Positions 41,590 through 52,482 of a stretch of 60,415 nt of DNA are shown here, in pieces. Each line of letters opens with the position of its first letter. Position 1 is the first letter of the stretch. The position numbers were made by a program, and so were the translations under genes. The notes under the pieces are model-generated. The model ran no database searches, was not told the origin of the DNA, and saw only the letters and a program-made list of their open reading frames with translations. Origin of the DNA: Nitrospira sp. GTDB lineage: Bacteria; Nitrospirota; Nitrospiria; Nitrospirales; Nitrospiraceae. The DNA is taken from NCBI GenBank assembly GCA_015903995.1, contig JABMDK010000008.1, forward strand, positions 20,975 through 81,389, read 5' to 3'.

Positions 41590-42388
41590 TTAGTCCAGCG
41601 CAAGCGTGAGGCACTTGGCCGACCCACCGGATTTCATGAATTCATCGAGCTGAACCGTATGGGTTTCGTATCCTCGTAGGCGGAGCCAGGTCTGAGTGGT
41701 GGGACATCCCGCGGGGAGAACGACATGTTTCCCAACACAAACGGCATTGCAGGCGAACTGCAAGGCTTCATTCTCCGGAACGATGAGACGATGACTGTCA
41801 GGGATCCGCGCAGCGATCGCTGTCTGGCCATCGCGATCAAAGGCCGCAGGGAAATAGAGAAGCTCGCCGCCGCTCAAGGGACACAGGCAGGTATCCAAGT
41901 GGTAGAAACGGCTGTCGATCAGCTCAAGCGGAATAATTTCCCGGTGAAAACGCTCACTAAGGATCGGAAAGACGCGGATATCCGACCGCTGTCGATGGCC
42001 GCCGAACCAATACTCCGGGAAGCCTAGGAGATCGCCTGCCCCTTCAAAATATAGTTTCTTCTCCAGCGTGAGTACCTCATAGCCCTGTCCGCGGAACCAA
42101 TTTTCAAAATAAGCCTCTTCAGGCTGACGTTCCGGATGCCGGAAGCGGCTCACGACGGCGGTTCGTCCAACCACGATGCCGGCATTGCGTAAAGACAAGA
42201 TCAGGCAGTCCGGGAATGGGCGTCATTCGTTCGAGCACGATACCCAGATCCTTTTCAAGTATACGCATCAATTCATGCCACTGTTGCACAGCCCGTCTGT
42301 GATCCACGCGATTGTTCAACCGCATCCAGGGATTGATCTCATATTCGATTCCGAAATAATCAGGAGAACAGACGAGGAGGCGGCTCAT
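41590..42388 (-). pseudogene. Amidinotransferase/dimethylargininase family, frameshift ~42188
   Basis: YEINPWM and DLVFT in one frame; NAG, FEGAGD, YHLDT, GGSAKCL in another. Confidence 0.85.
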
Positions 42389-42598
42389 GTCGCCCCCCCC
42401 AATATGTGGGTGAGTGTTCCCGGAAAAGCTTCTTCAATCATTGGGATGGGATCCTAAAACATTTGTCGGTATGAGATGTCAATGACGGAGCCGTGGAGGC
42501 CTACCCATTCTGGGTAATGATGGTCCATCGCGCTGCTTCCGATCATGCGCCGATTGTATCACCCAGGTGAGGTGGGGAAAGAAAATGAGGATTCTTCG

Positions 42599-43642
42599 CT
42601 ATGCAGTCGTTGGAGAGGCTTTCATGAGTTCCCTGAGTACACTGGTGGCATAGGCACCGGGAGGAAGACTGAAGGAAATGGTGAGAGTATTGCCGCCAAG
42701 CGACCATTCCAGCTCAGCGAGAGGGATGCGAAGCGCTCTGCGCTCGCCACGGAATCCGCAAGCCTTGGCGGAGGCGACGAGGGTGTCCTTCGTTGCCCCG
42801 GCTTCGGCGATGACGGCTTCCTCGATTTGACCAGGCTCGCCACTGGCCCAGGACACGCGCGAGCCGAAGAGGATGCCCGTCGGGCTGATCTCGAAGCGAT
42901 CAACTCGCGACTGTTCCTTCTCGGCATCCTCGACCAGAAAACAGGCGCCATTCTCTGCCTTCATGGCCCAGTCACCGACGAAGACCCGATCGAGATGGGC
43001 GATCCGTCGCGCGAGTATCCGATTGAACAGAAATGATTGGTAGGAGTTGAGATACCAGATGCGTGTGGCGCGATTCATTTTTTCACGTCGACGTGCGTCC
43101 TGGAGGAGCGCGGCGCCGACTTGGTAGTTGTCGCCGGCTTTTCCTTGCCGCTGAGGGCCGAAGTAGTTGGGAACGCCGCGTGCGCTCAGTTGTTGAAGGA
43201 CGGCCGGCACGGTTTCCGCCGCGTGATCGGCGACATGTCGGATAACCAGTCGGAAGCGATTGCCGGCGTGATGGCCGGTTCGTAGCCGATTACGATGACG
43301 CCCGAGGATCTGAAGACTCAAGATGGTGTCATCGATCTTGAGGCCAGTGACCTGTTCCGATGTGACTCCTTGCAGGGACACCATCTGAGTAGTGACGGCT
43401 CGTGCGTCCTTCAAGCCTGCTACGCCGATGGCCTGAGCCTTCACGCCCAACGTAGAGGACAGTCGGCGAACAAGATCAGGCGTGGAGAGGCCTCGCTTGG
43501 TGATCGTGACGTATAAATGCTCTCCATCTCCGCACGGCAGGTAGAGCGGCCGTTCTTCCACCTGAAAGTCTTCGGGCACGGTGCGGATCTGTCCGCCGAC
43601 CCCAGGAATGTTTTCTGTGAGGAACGGGTCAAGTGGGTGCAT
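42599..43642 (-). CDS. truD: tRNA pseudouridine synthase D
   Basis: DFQVEE, GLKDARAVTTQ, PNYFGPQR, GAYAT. Confidence 0.95.
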   Translation of the reverse strand: MHPLDPFLTENIPGVGGQIRTVPEDFQVEERPLYLPCGDGEHLYVTITKRGLSTPDLVRRLSSTLGVKAQAIGVAGLKDARAVTTQMVSLQGVTSEQVTGLKIDDTILSLQILGRHRNRLRTGHHAGNRFRLVIRHVADHAAETVPAVLQQLSARGVPNYFGPQRQGKAGDNYQVGAALLQDARRREKMNRATRIWYLNSYQSFLFNRILARRIAHLDRVFVGDWAMKAENGACFLVEDAEKEQSRVDRFEISPTGILFGSRVSWASGEPGQIEEAVIAEAGATKDTLVASAKACGFRGERRALRIPLAELEWSLGGNTLTISFSLPPGAYATSVLRELMKASPTTA

Positions 43643-43737
43643 TACTCATCCTTCTTCATTGAGAGGGTGTACGATGTCGTCAAATCGGTTGAGCAATAGG
43701 CCCATGATATACTTTCTCCATCCATGCCGAAACGATT

Positions 43738-44604
43738 GTGCAGATCATGAATTGCGGAATGAGCGGGCGACGGACGGTGTCCTGGCCTGATCGCGCGCGA
43801 TCATTGATCGGGTATTGCTTAAGCGAGCCGCTCTATCGGGCGTTCAGCGTCGTTCCTCATTGGGAATGGGGGTTGTCCGATCATGACGTAACCATTCTCA
43901 CCCACCCACATCCGTCCCTTGCCGGTCGTCGCGCGGTCCATCTTACGGATCTGCACCTGGACCGATATCATCCGAGGCACGAGCGTATTGTCGAAGCGGT
44001 GAGGGAGCTTCACCCTGACTGGATTTTCATCACCGGGGACCTGCTTAACGTTCCGGAAGGTCTTCCCCATCTCTTTCAATTCCTCGAACAGCTACGCATC
44101 ATTGCACCCGTTTATATGACACTGGGCAATCACGACCATTACAGCGGTGTGCCGGTGGCACAATATGCCGAACTCGCCGATCGATACAAGATCACGCTGC
44201 TGGTGAACCAGAGTGCCATCGTCTCAACGGGAAAGGGAGAACTCTCGATCGTCGGCGTCGACGACCCATCGCTTCATCGTGCGGATCTTCGATGTGTTCC
44301 CCCACGTGCCGAGTTTCGCTTTACGTTGCTGCTCGCCCATGCCCCCAACATCCTCGACTATGTGGAAGACCATCATGCTATTGACTTGATCCTCTGTGGA
44401 CACAGTCATGGCGGGCAGTGGAGGGTACCGGGAATCCCCACCTTCTGGCTTCCTCCTGGCTGTAATGGTCGCGTGGCCGGTTGGCACGAATCCGGCCGAC
44501 ATAGGCTGTACGTCAATCGAGGGATCGGGATCGGCTGGTCCTTTCTTCCGTTTCGGCTGAACTGCAGGCCAGAGATTGCCGTGATTGAGTGGGTGCAGGA
44601 TTAG
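43738..44604 (+). CDS. Metallophosphoesterase
   Basis: DLH, GD, GNHD, GHSH. Confidence 0.9.
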   Translation: MQIMNCGMSGRRTVSWPDRARSLIGYCLSEPLYRAFSVVPHWEWGLSDHDVTILTHPHPSLAGRRAVHLTDLHLDRYHPRHERIVEAVRELHPDWIFITGDLLNVPEGLPHLFQFLEQLRIIAPVYMTLGNHDHYSGVPVAQYAELADRYKITLLVNQSAIVSTGKGELSIVGVDDPSLHRADLRCVPPRAEFRFTLLLAHAPNILDYVEDHHAIDLILCGHSHGGQWRVPGIPTFWLPPGCNGRVAGWHESGRHRLYVNRGIGIGWSFLPFRLNCRPEIAVIEWVQD

Positions 44605-44628
44605 GCCAAGCTGCAATCAGTACGATCG

Positions 44629-45309
44629 TCACTCCCGCATACGCTCCAGTGCTTCTCTGGCGCGGCTTCGGACGGTTTGGTCCCAGTCATGCTCCATGGC
44701 CGTCTTCAACCGTTCGCGTGCTTCGGTCGCTCGGAGTCGCCCGAGTCCCAAGGCGGCGCAGGACCGCACATAGGCATGGTCATCGTCCAGGGCCTTTACG
44801 AGCAGCGGGACTACTGACATGTCTTGCAACGCGCCGAGATGGCTGGCTGCCATGCCCCTGATGCGATGCTGCTTGTCACCCAGGGCATGCTGTAGGGTTT
44901 CCGTGAAGAGGTCTTTCAGGGCAGGAACAGCTGAATCAAGTCCATCAATCCGGTAGCCATTGTTCTCCAGCAAAGCAAAGGCTAGATCTAGTCTTTGCTC
45001 CTGTCCGGTTGCTTGTTCAAACAATGCCAGCAGGCGGGTTTGTTCCTTGGATTTGGCGCGTCGGCGACGAAGGGCGTTGATCGGAATGAAGAGGAGGAGG
45101 ACAGTCACTATGCCGATCGCGGCCATCGGCACCGCCTGATCGATGAGATAGTCTTGCGTGTCCAGCGAGAGTCGTTTCCAGATCCACACGCCGGCGATGA
45201 TCAGGATAACAAACAGGACGAGCAGCGCAGGATTGGCCTGTCCCTTTTCGTGAGGCGGTGCCGTGATCATGGGTGAGCGATCATACGGGCACGATCGATT
45301 CGTCGTCAA
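44629..45309 (-). CDS. Membrane-anchored HEAT-repeat protein
   Basis: 2 TMs; VRSCAALGLG, VRSRAREAL. Confidence 0.8.
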   Translation of the reverse strand: MTTNRSCPYDRSPMITAPPHEKGQANPALLVLFVILIIAGVWIWKRLSLDTQDYLIDQAVPMAAIGIVTVLLLFIPINALRRRRAKSKEQTRLLALFEQATGQEQRLDLAFALLENNGYRIDGLDSAVPALKDLFTETLQHALGDKQHRIRGMAASHLGALQDMSVVPLLVKALDDDHAYVRSCAALGLGRLRATEARERLKTAMEHDWDQTVRSRAREALERMRE

Positions 45310-45378
45310 CGAATCAGGCCGCAGACTATGAGCGTGGTTCAGACTTGACGCGACGACTCGTTCTGCCTACTCTGGGTC

Positions 45379-46134
45379 ATGCGTTTGACTATCCTCGGCT
45401 CCGGAACGAATGTGCATCCCACGCGTGCCGCGGCCGGGTATTTGGTACGCACAGATCAATACATTCTGCTCGATTTTGGCCCTCGCACTCTGATGAACCT
45501 GATCAAGACCGGAGTGAACCGGCACAGGATCACGCACCTTTTGTTCTCCCATTTCCACGCAGACCACTTTTCCGATTTCATTACCTTCTTTTTTGACGCG
45601 GTGATTTATGCCAAGTATGGAGGAGGCCATCGTCCAGAGATGACGCTGATCGGACCGAAGGGGACGATCTGCCTTTTACGGTCGATCATGCAGAGTTTCC
45701 CTAGTTTTTCCTCGGCGCCGTTCCGCGTGACCTTCCGTGAGGTATCCAGCAAGCCGTTCATGATCGGGAAGACCCGTATCGTTCCCAAACTAGTCGTCCA
45801 CGTGCCAGACCTCTCGTCTGTCGGCTATCGGATCGAGTATCGAGGGAAGGCGATCGTGTATTCAGGAGATACGCAATATTGCGATGCGCTTATCCGGTTG
45901 TGCACGGATGCGGACCTGGCCGTGCTCGATTGCTCATTTCCTGCAAACAAGCCTGGCCCCGCCCATTTGCACGCCGGACAGTGCGGGCAGGTGGCGAAGG
46001 AGGCCGGGGTGGGTCAGCTCGTCCTCTCGCACTTCTATCCAGTGGCTGATCGCTATGACGTCAAAGCTCAGGCTGGTGAGGAGTACCACGGCAAGATTTG
46101 GAAGGGAAAGGATTTGCTGACGATTCGAGTCTGA
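45379..46134 (+). CDS. MBL-fold hydrolase (RNase Z-like)
   Basis: ILGSG, SHFHADH, YSGDT. Confidence 0.88.
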   Translation: MRLTILGSGTNVHPTRAAAGYLVRTDQYILLDFGPRTLMNLIKTGVNRHRITHLLFSHFHADHFSDFITFFFDAVIYAKYGGGHRPEMTLIGPKGTICLLRSIMQSFPSFSSAPFRVTFREVSSKPFMIGKTRIVPKLVVHVPDLSSVGYRIEYRGKAIVYSGDTQYCDALIRLCTDADLAVLDCSFPANKPGPAHLHAGQCGQVAKEAGVGQLVLSHFYPVADRYDVKAQAGEEYHGKIWKGKDLLTIRV

Positions 46135-46136
46135 AT

Positions 46137-46994
46137 CTATAGGCCTTCTTCGCGAGGCGCGCCGCCGAGGATCTCGATGAATTTAGTCAGGCGAGCTGTT
46201 TTGCCCTCTTCCCCCGACTTGGAGTAGATGGACAATAGGTTTTTGATCATACGAGACAGAATCGCTCGAACCGGACTTTTTTGCAGATATTGATCGTCGA
46301 ATCCGTAGCCGGCTTCGGTCAGAAAACGGGCGCAGTTTTTTTCGGTCAGCAACGCCCCACCGTTGAAACAGTCGATGAATATCTTGTACCGATCGGACTC
46401 GTACTTCACTAAGAAATGCCCCGGCATGCCGACGCCGAACAGGGGGAGTGCCAAACGTTGTCCGATCAAGAGATAGATGGCTGACAGACTGATGGGAATG
46501 CCGACTCGACGATCCATGACGCAATTAATGTAGCTGTTCTCAACCTCATAGTAGTTTTTAGTATTTCCCTTGAACGCTTGCTCGGTAAACAGGTATCGGT
46601 TGAGCGCGTTGACGGCCTCTTCACCGGACGCTCGATGGCCGATCCGCGCTCGAACTTCGTCCGCCATCGTATCGAGCTGTTCACGATAGCGCGCGACATC
46701 GAGGGCAGGGTAGGCATAGCGCGCGATCAGAAAGGCGCCAGCTTCGAGAGGCATGGCGTCGTCCGTGAGGGCTGTCAGGCTCGCCAGCTCATCCTCCAGC
46801 TTGCTTCCTCGGATTTCCTCCAGGACGGACGCGATCCGATCGGCCATTTCCGGTTGCTCGATTTCCGCTTCCTGGAGAAGCGGGACGGCTGATGGGCCGA
46901 TATCGATGAGTCGCCCGCTGATGGTACGGACAATTCGGTCGTCCTCATCGGACAGAAGGCGAATCAGCGCACGAATTTGATTCTCCGGCATCAT
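46137..46994 (-). CDS. SirB1-family transglutaminase-like protein
   Basis: RRVGIPISL, GVGMPGHF, ILSRMIKNL. Confidence 0.85.
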   Translation of the reverse strand: MMPENQIRALIRLLSDEDDRIVRTISGRLIDIGPSAVPLLQEAEIEQPEMADRIASVLEEIRGSKLEDELASLTALTDDAMPLEAGAFLIARYAYPALDVARYREQLDTMADEVRARIGHRASGEEAVNALNRYLFTEQAFKGNTKNYYEVENSYINCVMDRRVGIPISLSAIYLLIGQRLALPLFGVGMPGHFLVKYESDRYKIFIDCFNGGALLTEKNCARFLTEAGYGFDDQYLQKSPVRAILSRMIKNLLSIYSKSGEEGKTARLTKFIEILGGAPREEGL

Positions 46995-47097
46995 CTCCTA
47001 CGACTCTCCGTCGCTCACAGGCTGACGTGTGGGGGTATTGCAGTCATGATCCGACGGATTTTGCCGTCAGTCAAGCTATCTATGGCTCAGGGCGAGG

Positions 47098-47877
47098 TTA
47101 CCCCATGGCACGGCGGAATGCCTTGGCTCCGCCGTACAGACACAGGGCATCGAACACAATCATGACTAACACTACCATTCCGACGTGCGGCAAGGCTTCT
47201 GTCCAGCCGGACAGAATTAACGGCCGCACCGCATCGATCGCCCAGGTCATCGGGTTGAATTGCGCCAGAAAACTCATCCAGCCCGGCATCGCCGTCAACG
47301 GCACCAACGCGGAGCTGAGGAAAATCATCGGCAGCGAAAGAAATCCCAAGACGGAGAAGAAATCACCGTGACTTTTCACGGAGAAGGCCATCGCCATGGA
47401 GATAGCCGTCAGGCCGACACCGAACATCATGCCGATCAACAAGATCGTCGCCACACCGAGAAACCCTGTCGCAGGTTGAACACCAAAGAGATAGGCCACG
47501 CCGAGAATCACGAGGACCTGCATCGACGTAATAGCCATGACGAAGATAAAGCGGCTCAGGATGACGGAGGTACGATGAATCGGCGTGGACATCAACCGTT
47601 CAAGAAACCCGTTCTCCTTGTCGAACAGCAGGTCGACTCCGCCGGCCAAGCCGTTGTTCAGGACGGTCATCACGACGACGCCGGCTGCGAGGAAGCTGAT
47701 GTAGTTGGGGGCCTGCGTGACCTGGGTATCTGCGGCTCGCTGAAACAGGTTGCCGAAGAAGATGAGCCAGAACAGCATCGGCTGTACCAGGGTGAACAGC
47801 ATGCTGAATTTCTCCCGGCTCAACCGCCGAACCCACCGCATCGTCAATGCACTGATCTCTTGCCAATAATGCGCCAC
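47098..47877 (-). CDS. ABC-2 exporter permease
   Basis: DKENGFLERL, NPMTWAIDAVR. Confidence 0.9.
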   Translation of the reverse strand: MAHYWQEISALTMRWVRRLSREKFSMLFTLVQPMLFWLIFFGNLFQRAADTQVTQAPNYISFLAAGVVVMTVLNNGLAGGVDLLFDKENGFLERLMSTPIHRTSVILSRFIFVMAITSMQVLVILGVAYLFGVQPATGFLGVATILLIGMMFGVGLTAISMAMAFSVKSHGDFFSVLGFLSLPMIFLSSALVPLTAMPGWMSFLAQFNPMTWAIDAVRPLILSGWTEALPHVGMVVLVMIVFDALCLYGGAKAFRRAMG

Positions 47878-47885
47878 GTGACTCC

Positions 47886-48860
47886 TTATGATGCCGACTC
47901 GACGTCGGGAGGCGTTTCGGTGATGGCTCTCCCAGTATGTGCGATGAACACATCGTCTAAGCGAGGACGGTTATATTGAATAAATTCGATCTCACAACCT
48001 AATCGATTGGCCGATTCAAGAATGGTGGGCAAGGCCTTTTCCGGTGATTCCACCCGGATATCCAAGCCCTTGGTGGTCGCCCGCACCGTCTTAATCGCCG
48101 GGCGGCCGGTGAGGTCCGACACCAGAGGCTGGATCCGGCCCGTCTCTTTCAGCGTGAGCGACACGATATCCCCACCGAGGGCGATTTTGAGCTCGACCGG
48201 TGAGCCCAGCGTTTTGATCTTGCCCCCGTCGATGATCGCGAGCCGATCGCAGAGTTGATCGGCCTCATCCAGATAGTTGGTCGTCATTACGACCGTCATC
48301 CCACGGGCTTTGAGCATGCGAACGTACTCCCAGATCCGGAGACGGCTCTGCACGTCGAGGCCGAGCGTGGGCTCGTCGAGAAACAGGATTTTGGGGTCGG
48401 GCAACAGCCCGCAGGCAATATCGAGTTTGCGCTTCATGCCGCCGGAATAGGTCTTGGCCGGCCGATCCGCGTGGGCCTCCAGTTCGACCAGTTTGAGCAA
48501 TTCTGCGATGCGCTTGGCCGCCTCTTCTTTCGTCAGATGATAGAGCGCACCCAACAATTGTAAATGTTCACGCCCGGTGAGAAACCGGTCGATCGCCCGT
48601 TCTTGGGGCACGTACCCGATGACGGTCCGCACTTTGTCCGCATCGCGTACCGTATCGTACCCCATGACCGTGGCCGTGCCCGATGTCGGGTGCAGCAACG
48701 TGATGAGGGTCCGAAGCGTGGTGCTCTTGCCCGCGCCATTGGGGCCCAGTAGGCCAAAAATCTCTCCTGCATAGACCTGGAACGAGAGGTCATCGACAGC
48801 TTTATGGCTGTCATAGGTTTTGCTGAGACTGCTGACGTCGATTGCGATGGGTCGATCCAT
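47886..48860 (-). CDS. ABC exporter ATPase (DrrA-like)
   Basis: GPNGAGKST, YSGGMKRKL, DEPT. Confidence 0.93.
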   Translation of the reverse strand: MDRPIAIDVSSLSKTYDSHKAVDDLSFQVYAGEIFGLLGPNGAGKSTTLRTLITLLHPTSGTATVMGYDTVRDADKVRTVIGYVPQERAIDRFLTGREHLQLLGALYHLTKEEAAKRIAELLKLVELEAHADRPAKTYSGGMKRKLDIACGLLPDPKILFLDEPTLGLDVQSRLRIWEYVRMLKARGMTVVMTTNYLDEADQLCDRLAIIDGGKIKTLGSPVELKIALGGDIVSLTLKETGRIQPLVSDLTGRPAIKTVRATTKGLDIRVESPEKALPTILESANRLGCEIEFIQYNRPRLDDVFIAHTGRAITETPPDVESAS

Positions 48861-49549
48861 TAGTCCAAGCCCTTTGTGCCGTGAGGTTCGTGGAGCATGA
48901 ATTGAACCAGATCGTTCAATCGACGGGCCCGTTGGTGGAGCCCGTCCGCTTCCAGTAAGAATTGTTTTTCCAAGGGGGTACAGTCCAGATAAGTTGAGAG
49001 GGTATTGACCAAGACTTCGTCACTGACTTCTTCGCGAAAGAATCCTTGCCACGCCGCATTATCTTCTCTCGCTTGGAGGTACCGGCCAAGCACATCGACG
49101 AGTGCTCGCCGAACGCTTGTTGCCAGTCCCTCGTTGGAGCACATGGGCGTGATGCGGATCGTCGCTTCGCGATAGGGTTTATCGAAGTGTTCTTCGGAAA
49201 TCTCACACCGTTCGAGTCCTTGCAGCAAGATATTGGAGCGCCCGTCCGGCAAGGGTTGCACACTGACGATGCGCCCGATGCACAGCGCGGGATAGATCGC
49301 CGGATTCCCGTAGTAGTCCTGCTCCCACCCTTCTTTCAGGAGGGCCATGGCAATACATTGACCACCCATCGTCACATCGGCGATCATCTGGCGATAGCGT
49401 GGTTCAAAAATGTGGAGCGGTAGGTACGTCCTGGGAAAAAAGACGACGTTGGGTAACGGAAACACCGGAAGGCGATCAGGAATCGGAAATGGCTCGACAT
49501 GTTTGGACGAACTCCGATCCGACGACCCTCGCTCGCGATCAGTCTGCAT
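48860..49549 (-). CDS. Stand-alone Lon N-terminal substrate-binding domain protein
   Basis: PVFPL..VFFP..LPLHIFEPRY; no ATPase or protease domain. Confidence 0.88.
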   Translation of the reverse strand: MQTDRERGSSDRSSSKHVEPFPIPDRLPVFPLPNVVFFPRTYLPLHIFEPRYRQMIADVTMGGQCIAMALLKEGWEQDYYGNPAIYPALCIGRIVSVQPLPDGRSNILLQGLERCEISEEHFDKPYREATIRITPMCSNEGLATSVRRALVDVLGRYLQAREDNAAWQGFFREEVSDEVLVNTLSTYLDCTPLEKQFLLEADGLHQRARRLNDLVQFMLHEPHGTKGLD

Positions 49550-49551
49550 AG

Positions 49552-50450
49552 CTCACGATAGCTGAGGCATGTGAAAATTGTCAACGCCGTTTGCCGGATG
49601 ACGAGTCGTAGCAAAATGCAAAACGCCGCGCTGAGACAGTCGATTGGTCCATGGGTCGGCGCATGTTATAAACGATGCAACGGGAGGCTCAGGATCCGTG
49701 ATCCACTTACGATCGACTGAGGATGCAAGGCAGCGCGTGACAGACTGGGGACGGATCCTAATGATGGTAGTCCCGGTCTTGCTGAGCGTGATGGTGTCGA
49801 TGGCGTTCGCCGCCGGTCCTGCGTCCACACCATTTCAGCCGGCAACCGCCGGATACCAGTACACGTTTCCGAGGGACCATGGATCGCATCCACCCTATCG
49901 GACAGAGTGGTGGTACTACACGGGCCATCTGCAGTCGAAGAACGGTCGGGCGTTCGGCTTTGAGTTGACCTTCTTCCGTCGGGGGGTGCCGCCGGAGGAC
50001 ATACTCACGATAGCTGAGACTTGTGAAAATTGTCAACGCCGTTTGCTAGGCGGCGAGCCAAGAGCAAATTCAAAACATCGCTCTGAGAGAGTCGATTGGT
50101 TCATAGATCGGACGCGTGTTATAACCGATACAACGGGAGGGCTCAGGTCAAGTGATCCACTTACGATTGGCTGACAAGACAAGGCAGCGCGTGACAGACT
50201 GGGGACGGATCCTATTGGTAGTCCCTGTCTTGCTGAGCGTGACTTTGCCGACGGCGCTCGCCGCAAGTTCCGCTCCTACACCATTTCAGCCGGCAACCGC
50301 CGGATATCAGTACACGTTTCCGAGAGACCATGGATCGCATTCCACCTATCGAACCGAGTGGTGGTACTACACAGGCCATCTGCAGTCGAAAAACGGTCGG
50401 TCGTTCGGCTTTGAATTGACCTTCTTCCGTCGGGGGGTGCCGCCTGACGA
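49552..50450 (+). repeat. Diverged ~450-bp tandem duplication
   Basis: CTCACGATAGCTGAG...TGTGAAAATTGTCAACGCCG at 49552 and 50004; both run to ...FFRRGVPP. Confidence 0.9.
49699..50003 (+). pseudogene. Truncated 5' copy of the AttH/CrtC-like gene
   Basis: FPRDHG, TEWWYYTG, then breaks at the duplication junction. Confidence 0.8.
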
Positions 50451-51315
50451 AATCAAAACTCTGCCGTCCAAATGGTCGATCAGCCACCTGTATCTGGCCC
50501 ATTTCGCCGTGACCGACATCACCGGGAAGCGATTTCATTTCTCCGAAAAGTTCAGTCGGGAGGGATTAGGGAAGGCCGGCGCCGACGAGTCGCGGCTCCG
50601 TGTCTGGATCGATGATTGGCGCGCGGAGGCTGCCACGGACTCGACCGGATCCCATACCTTGGCGGCCCACGACGAGACCCATTCGCTCGCCCTCACACTC
50701 CAACCGGCCAAGCCTCTCGTCACCCACGGTGCGGCCGGCATCAGTCGAAAAGGGAAAGATGTGGGGCAAGCCTCGCACTACTATTCGTTTACCAGACTTG
50801 CGACAACGGGGAGCCTGACGATCGACGGCGAACCGTTCGAGGTGACTGGTCTCACCTGGATGGACCATGAATTCGGGTCAGCCGAACTCGGGACGGATCA
50901 AGTCGGATGGGACTGGTTCAGCATCCAGTTGGAAGACGACACCGAGCTCATGCTGTATCGGATGCGGCGGAAAGATGGCTCGTCCGATCTGGCTTCCAGC
51001 GGGACCGCCGTGTCGCCGGATGGACGCACTCGACATCTGGAGGTGACCGACTTTCAGATCGAATCGATCGCAACCTGGACCAGCCCTGAAAGCAAGGCCA
51101 CCTATCCCAGCCGATGGAAGTTGACGTTCCCGTCGCTCGACCTAGTGCTGGATGTTACGCCGCTGCTTGCCGATCAGGAATTGCGCACCTCGCGCAGCAC
51201 TAAGGTTTCCTATTGGGAAGGGGCGGTGGCCGTAACAGGGACCAAACAAGGCAAACCTGTAAAAGGTCAAGGCTACGTGGAGCTGACCGGCTATGTCGAA
51301 CGTCTCAAGATGTAA
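50152..51315 (+). CDS. AttH/CrtC-like lipocalin-fold protein
   Basis: FPRDHG.H, EWWYYTG, SHYYS, WMDHE, GWDWF, YWEG, GYVELTGY. Confidence 0.9.
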   Translation: MIHLRLADKTRQRVTDWGRILLVVPVLLSVTLPTALAASSAPTPFQPATAGYQYTFPRDHGSHSTYRTEWWYYTGHLQSKNGRSFGFELTFFRRGVPPDEIKTLPSKWSISHLYLAHFAVTDITGKRFHFSEKFSREGLGKAGADESRLRVWIDDWRAEAATDSTGSHTLAAHDETHSLALTLQPAKPLVTHGAAGISRKGKDVGQASHYYSFTRLATTGSLTIDGEPFEVTGLTWMDHEFGSAELGTDQVGWDWFSIQLEDDTELMLYRMRRKDGSSDLASSGTAVSPDGRTRHLEVTDFQIESIATWTSPESKATYPSRWKLTFPSLDLVLDVTPLLADQELRTSRSTKVSYWEGAVAVTGTKQGKPVKGQGYVELTGYVERLKM

Positions 51316-52065
51316 TGGTCGAGGCATGCGGGGTTGGGTTCCAACAGCATGCAGCTTGTCGCCACAGAGTTCAAAGCTATGTAAGTATTGAATGGAACCA
51401 TCTGTGGATTTTTGCCACCAGTAAAATATCTTTGAGACTTGCCCTAATTTTCACCCAAACCATCCCGCAATAAAATTTCTGACGATAAGCTGAGCAACTT
51501 ACTCGGCGGGTGAGCGCCGGCCTGGCGTAGACAATCACCTGCGAGAGCCGGTTCCTCCCGCGTCGAGAAGTCTGCACAAGCTTCCTAAATCAACATAAGG
51601 GCTGGTGCCCCGGACGACCTTTGGCCAACCGAGGATGTCATGGATAAGCTCTGGTTGTATGCAGGTGGGATTATTGTAGGAATAGCGGTGTTGGTCTATG
51701 CCGTACTTACGACGGTGAGTAGTACGCATCCACCGGCAAGCGATCTGAGGGCAGCGTACGAGCAGCCAAAGAAATGAGCCGTCGTTGGGCTTGTTAAAAG
51801 TTATCCGTAAGGAGGGTACACGGTACCCGTGCTCCGTATAACTCAAGAATGGGTACCTAAGTAGGGTGGCTTGTGTCTTTTCCATTCATGAACCTGCCAC
51901 GTGCGATGTGACTCCTAGCAGCGCGTGGCAGGGTTCGTACGTGAGGTGGGGTGTCGATCCGTTAAGAGTCGTTCCCGCCCGAGAGTCTCTTGCTTTTCGG
52001 TTCAAACTGGCAGAATCGGGCGAAGATCAACGGGAGCATACCCGACGCGACTGCGCGTCGAACTG

Positions 52066-52482
52066 ATGGCTTCCATGGCGCTGGGTGTCAACGCCATTGA
52101 GATCGATCGGACGAATCCCACTATCATCTATGCTGGGACCACGAAAGGGTTGTTTCGTGCAGTGAACAAAGGTGAGCAGTGGGAGCGGATCGGGCAATCC
52201 CTCCCGGATCCCTTTATCAGCAGTCTTCTCCTGCATCCTACAGAAACGGCGCAGCTGTATGTCGGTGGGCCGAAAGGGGTGTGGAAAAGTTCGGACAGTG
52301 GAAAGACGTGGCAGGCAATCAACCAGGGTATCGCGACGCTCAATGTACGCGCGTTGGCTATGAATCCCAAGAACCCGCAGATACTCTATGCCGGCACAAA
52401 TGGCAGCGGGCTCTATCGTTCCACCGATGCCGGCGCGACGTGGACGGCGGTGCCGCTCACCGCCGCGCCGGGTACGCACTAG
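52066..52482 (+). pseudogene. BNR/Asp-box beta-propeller C-terminal remnant
   Basis: SSDSGKTW, STDAGATW; too short for a full propeller, no signal peptide. Confidence 0.65.

Noticed and set aside
42455-42546. Short minus-strand ORF upstream of the amidinotransferase gene
   Set aside because: ~30 codons, no recognisable motif
44521-44534. GGGATC duplication (GIGIG) in the phosphoesterase
   Set aside because: Two-codon in-frame slip with no evident significance
46137-46994. SirB1-like gene as the missing transglutaminase of the Anbu operon
   Set aside because: 30 kb away, different family, no evident catalytic Cys motif
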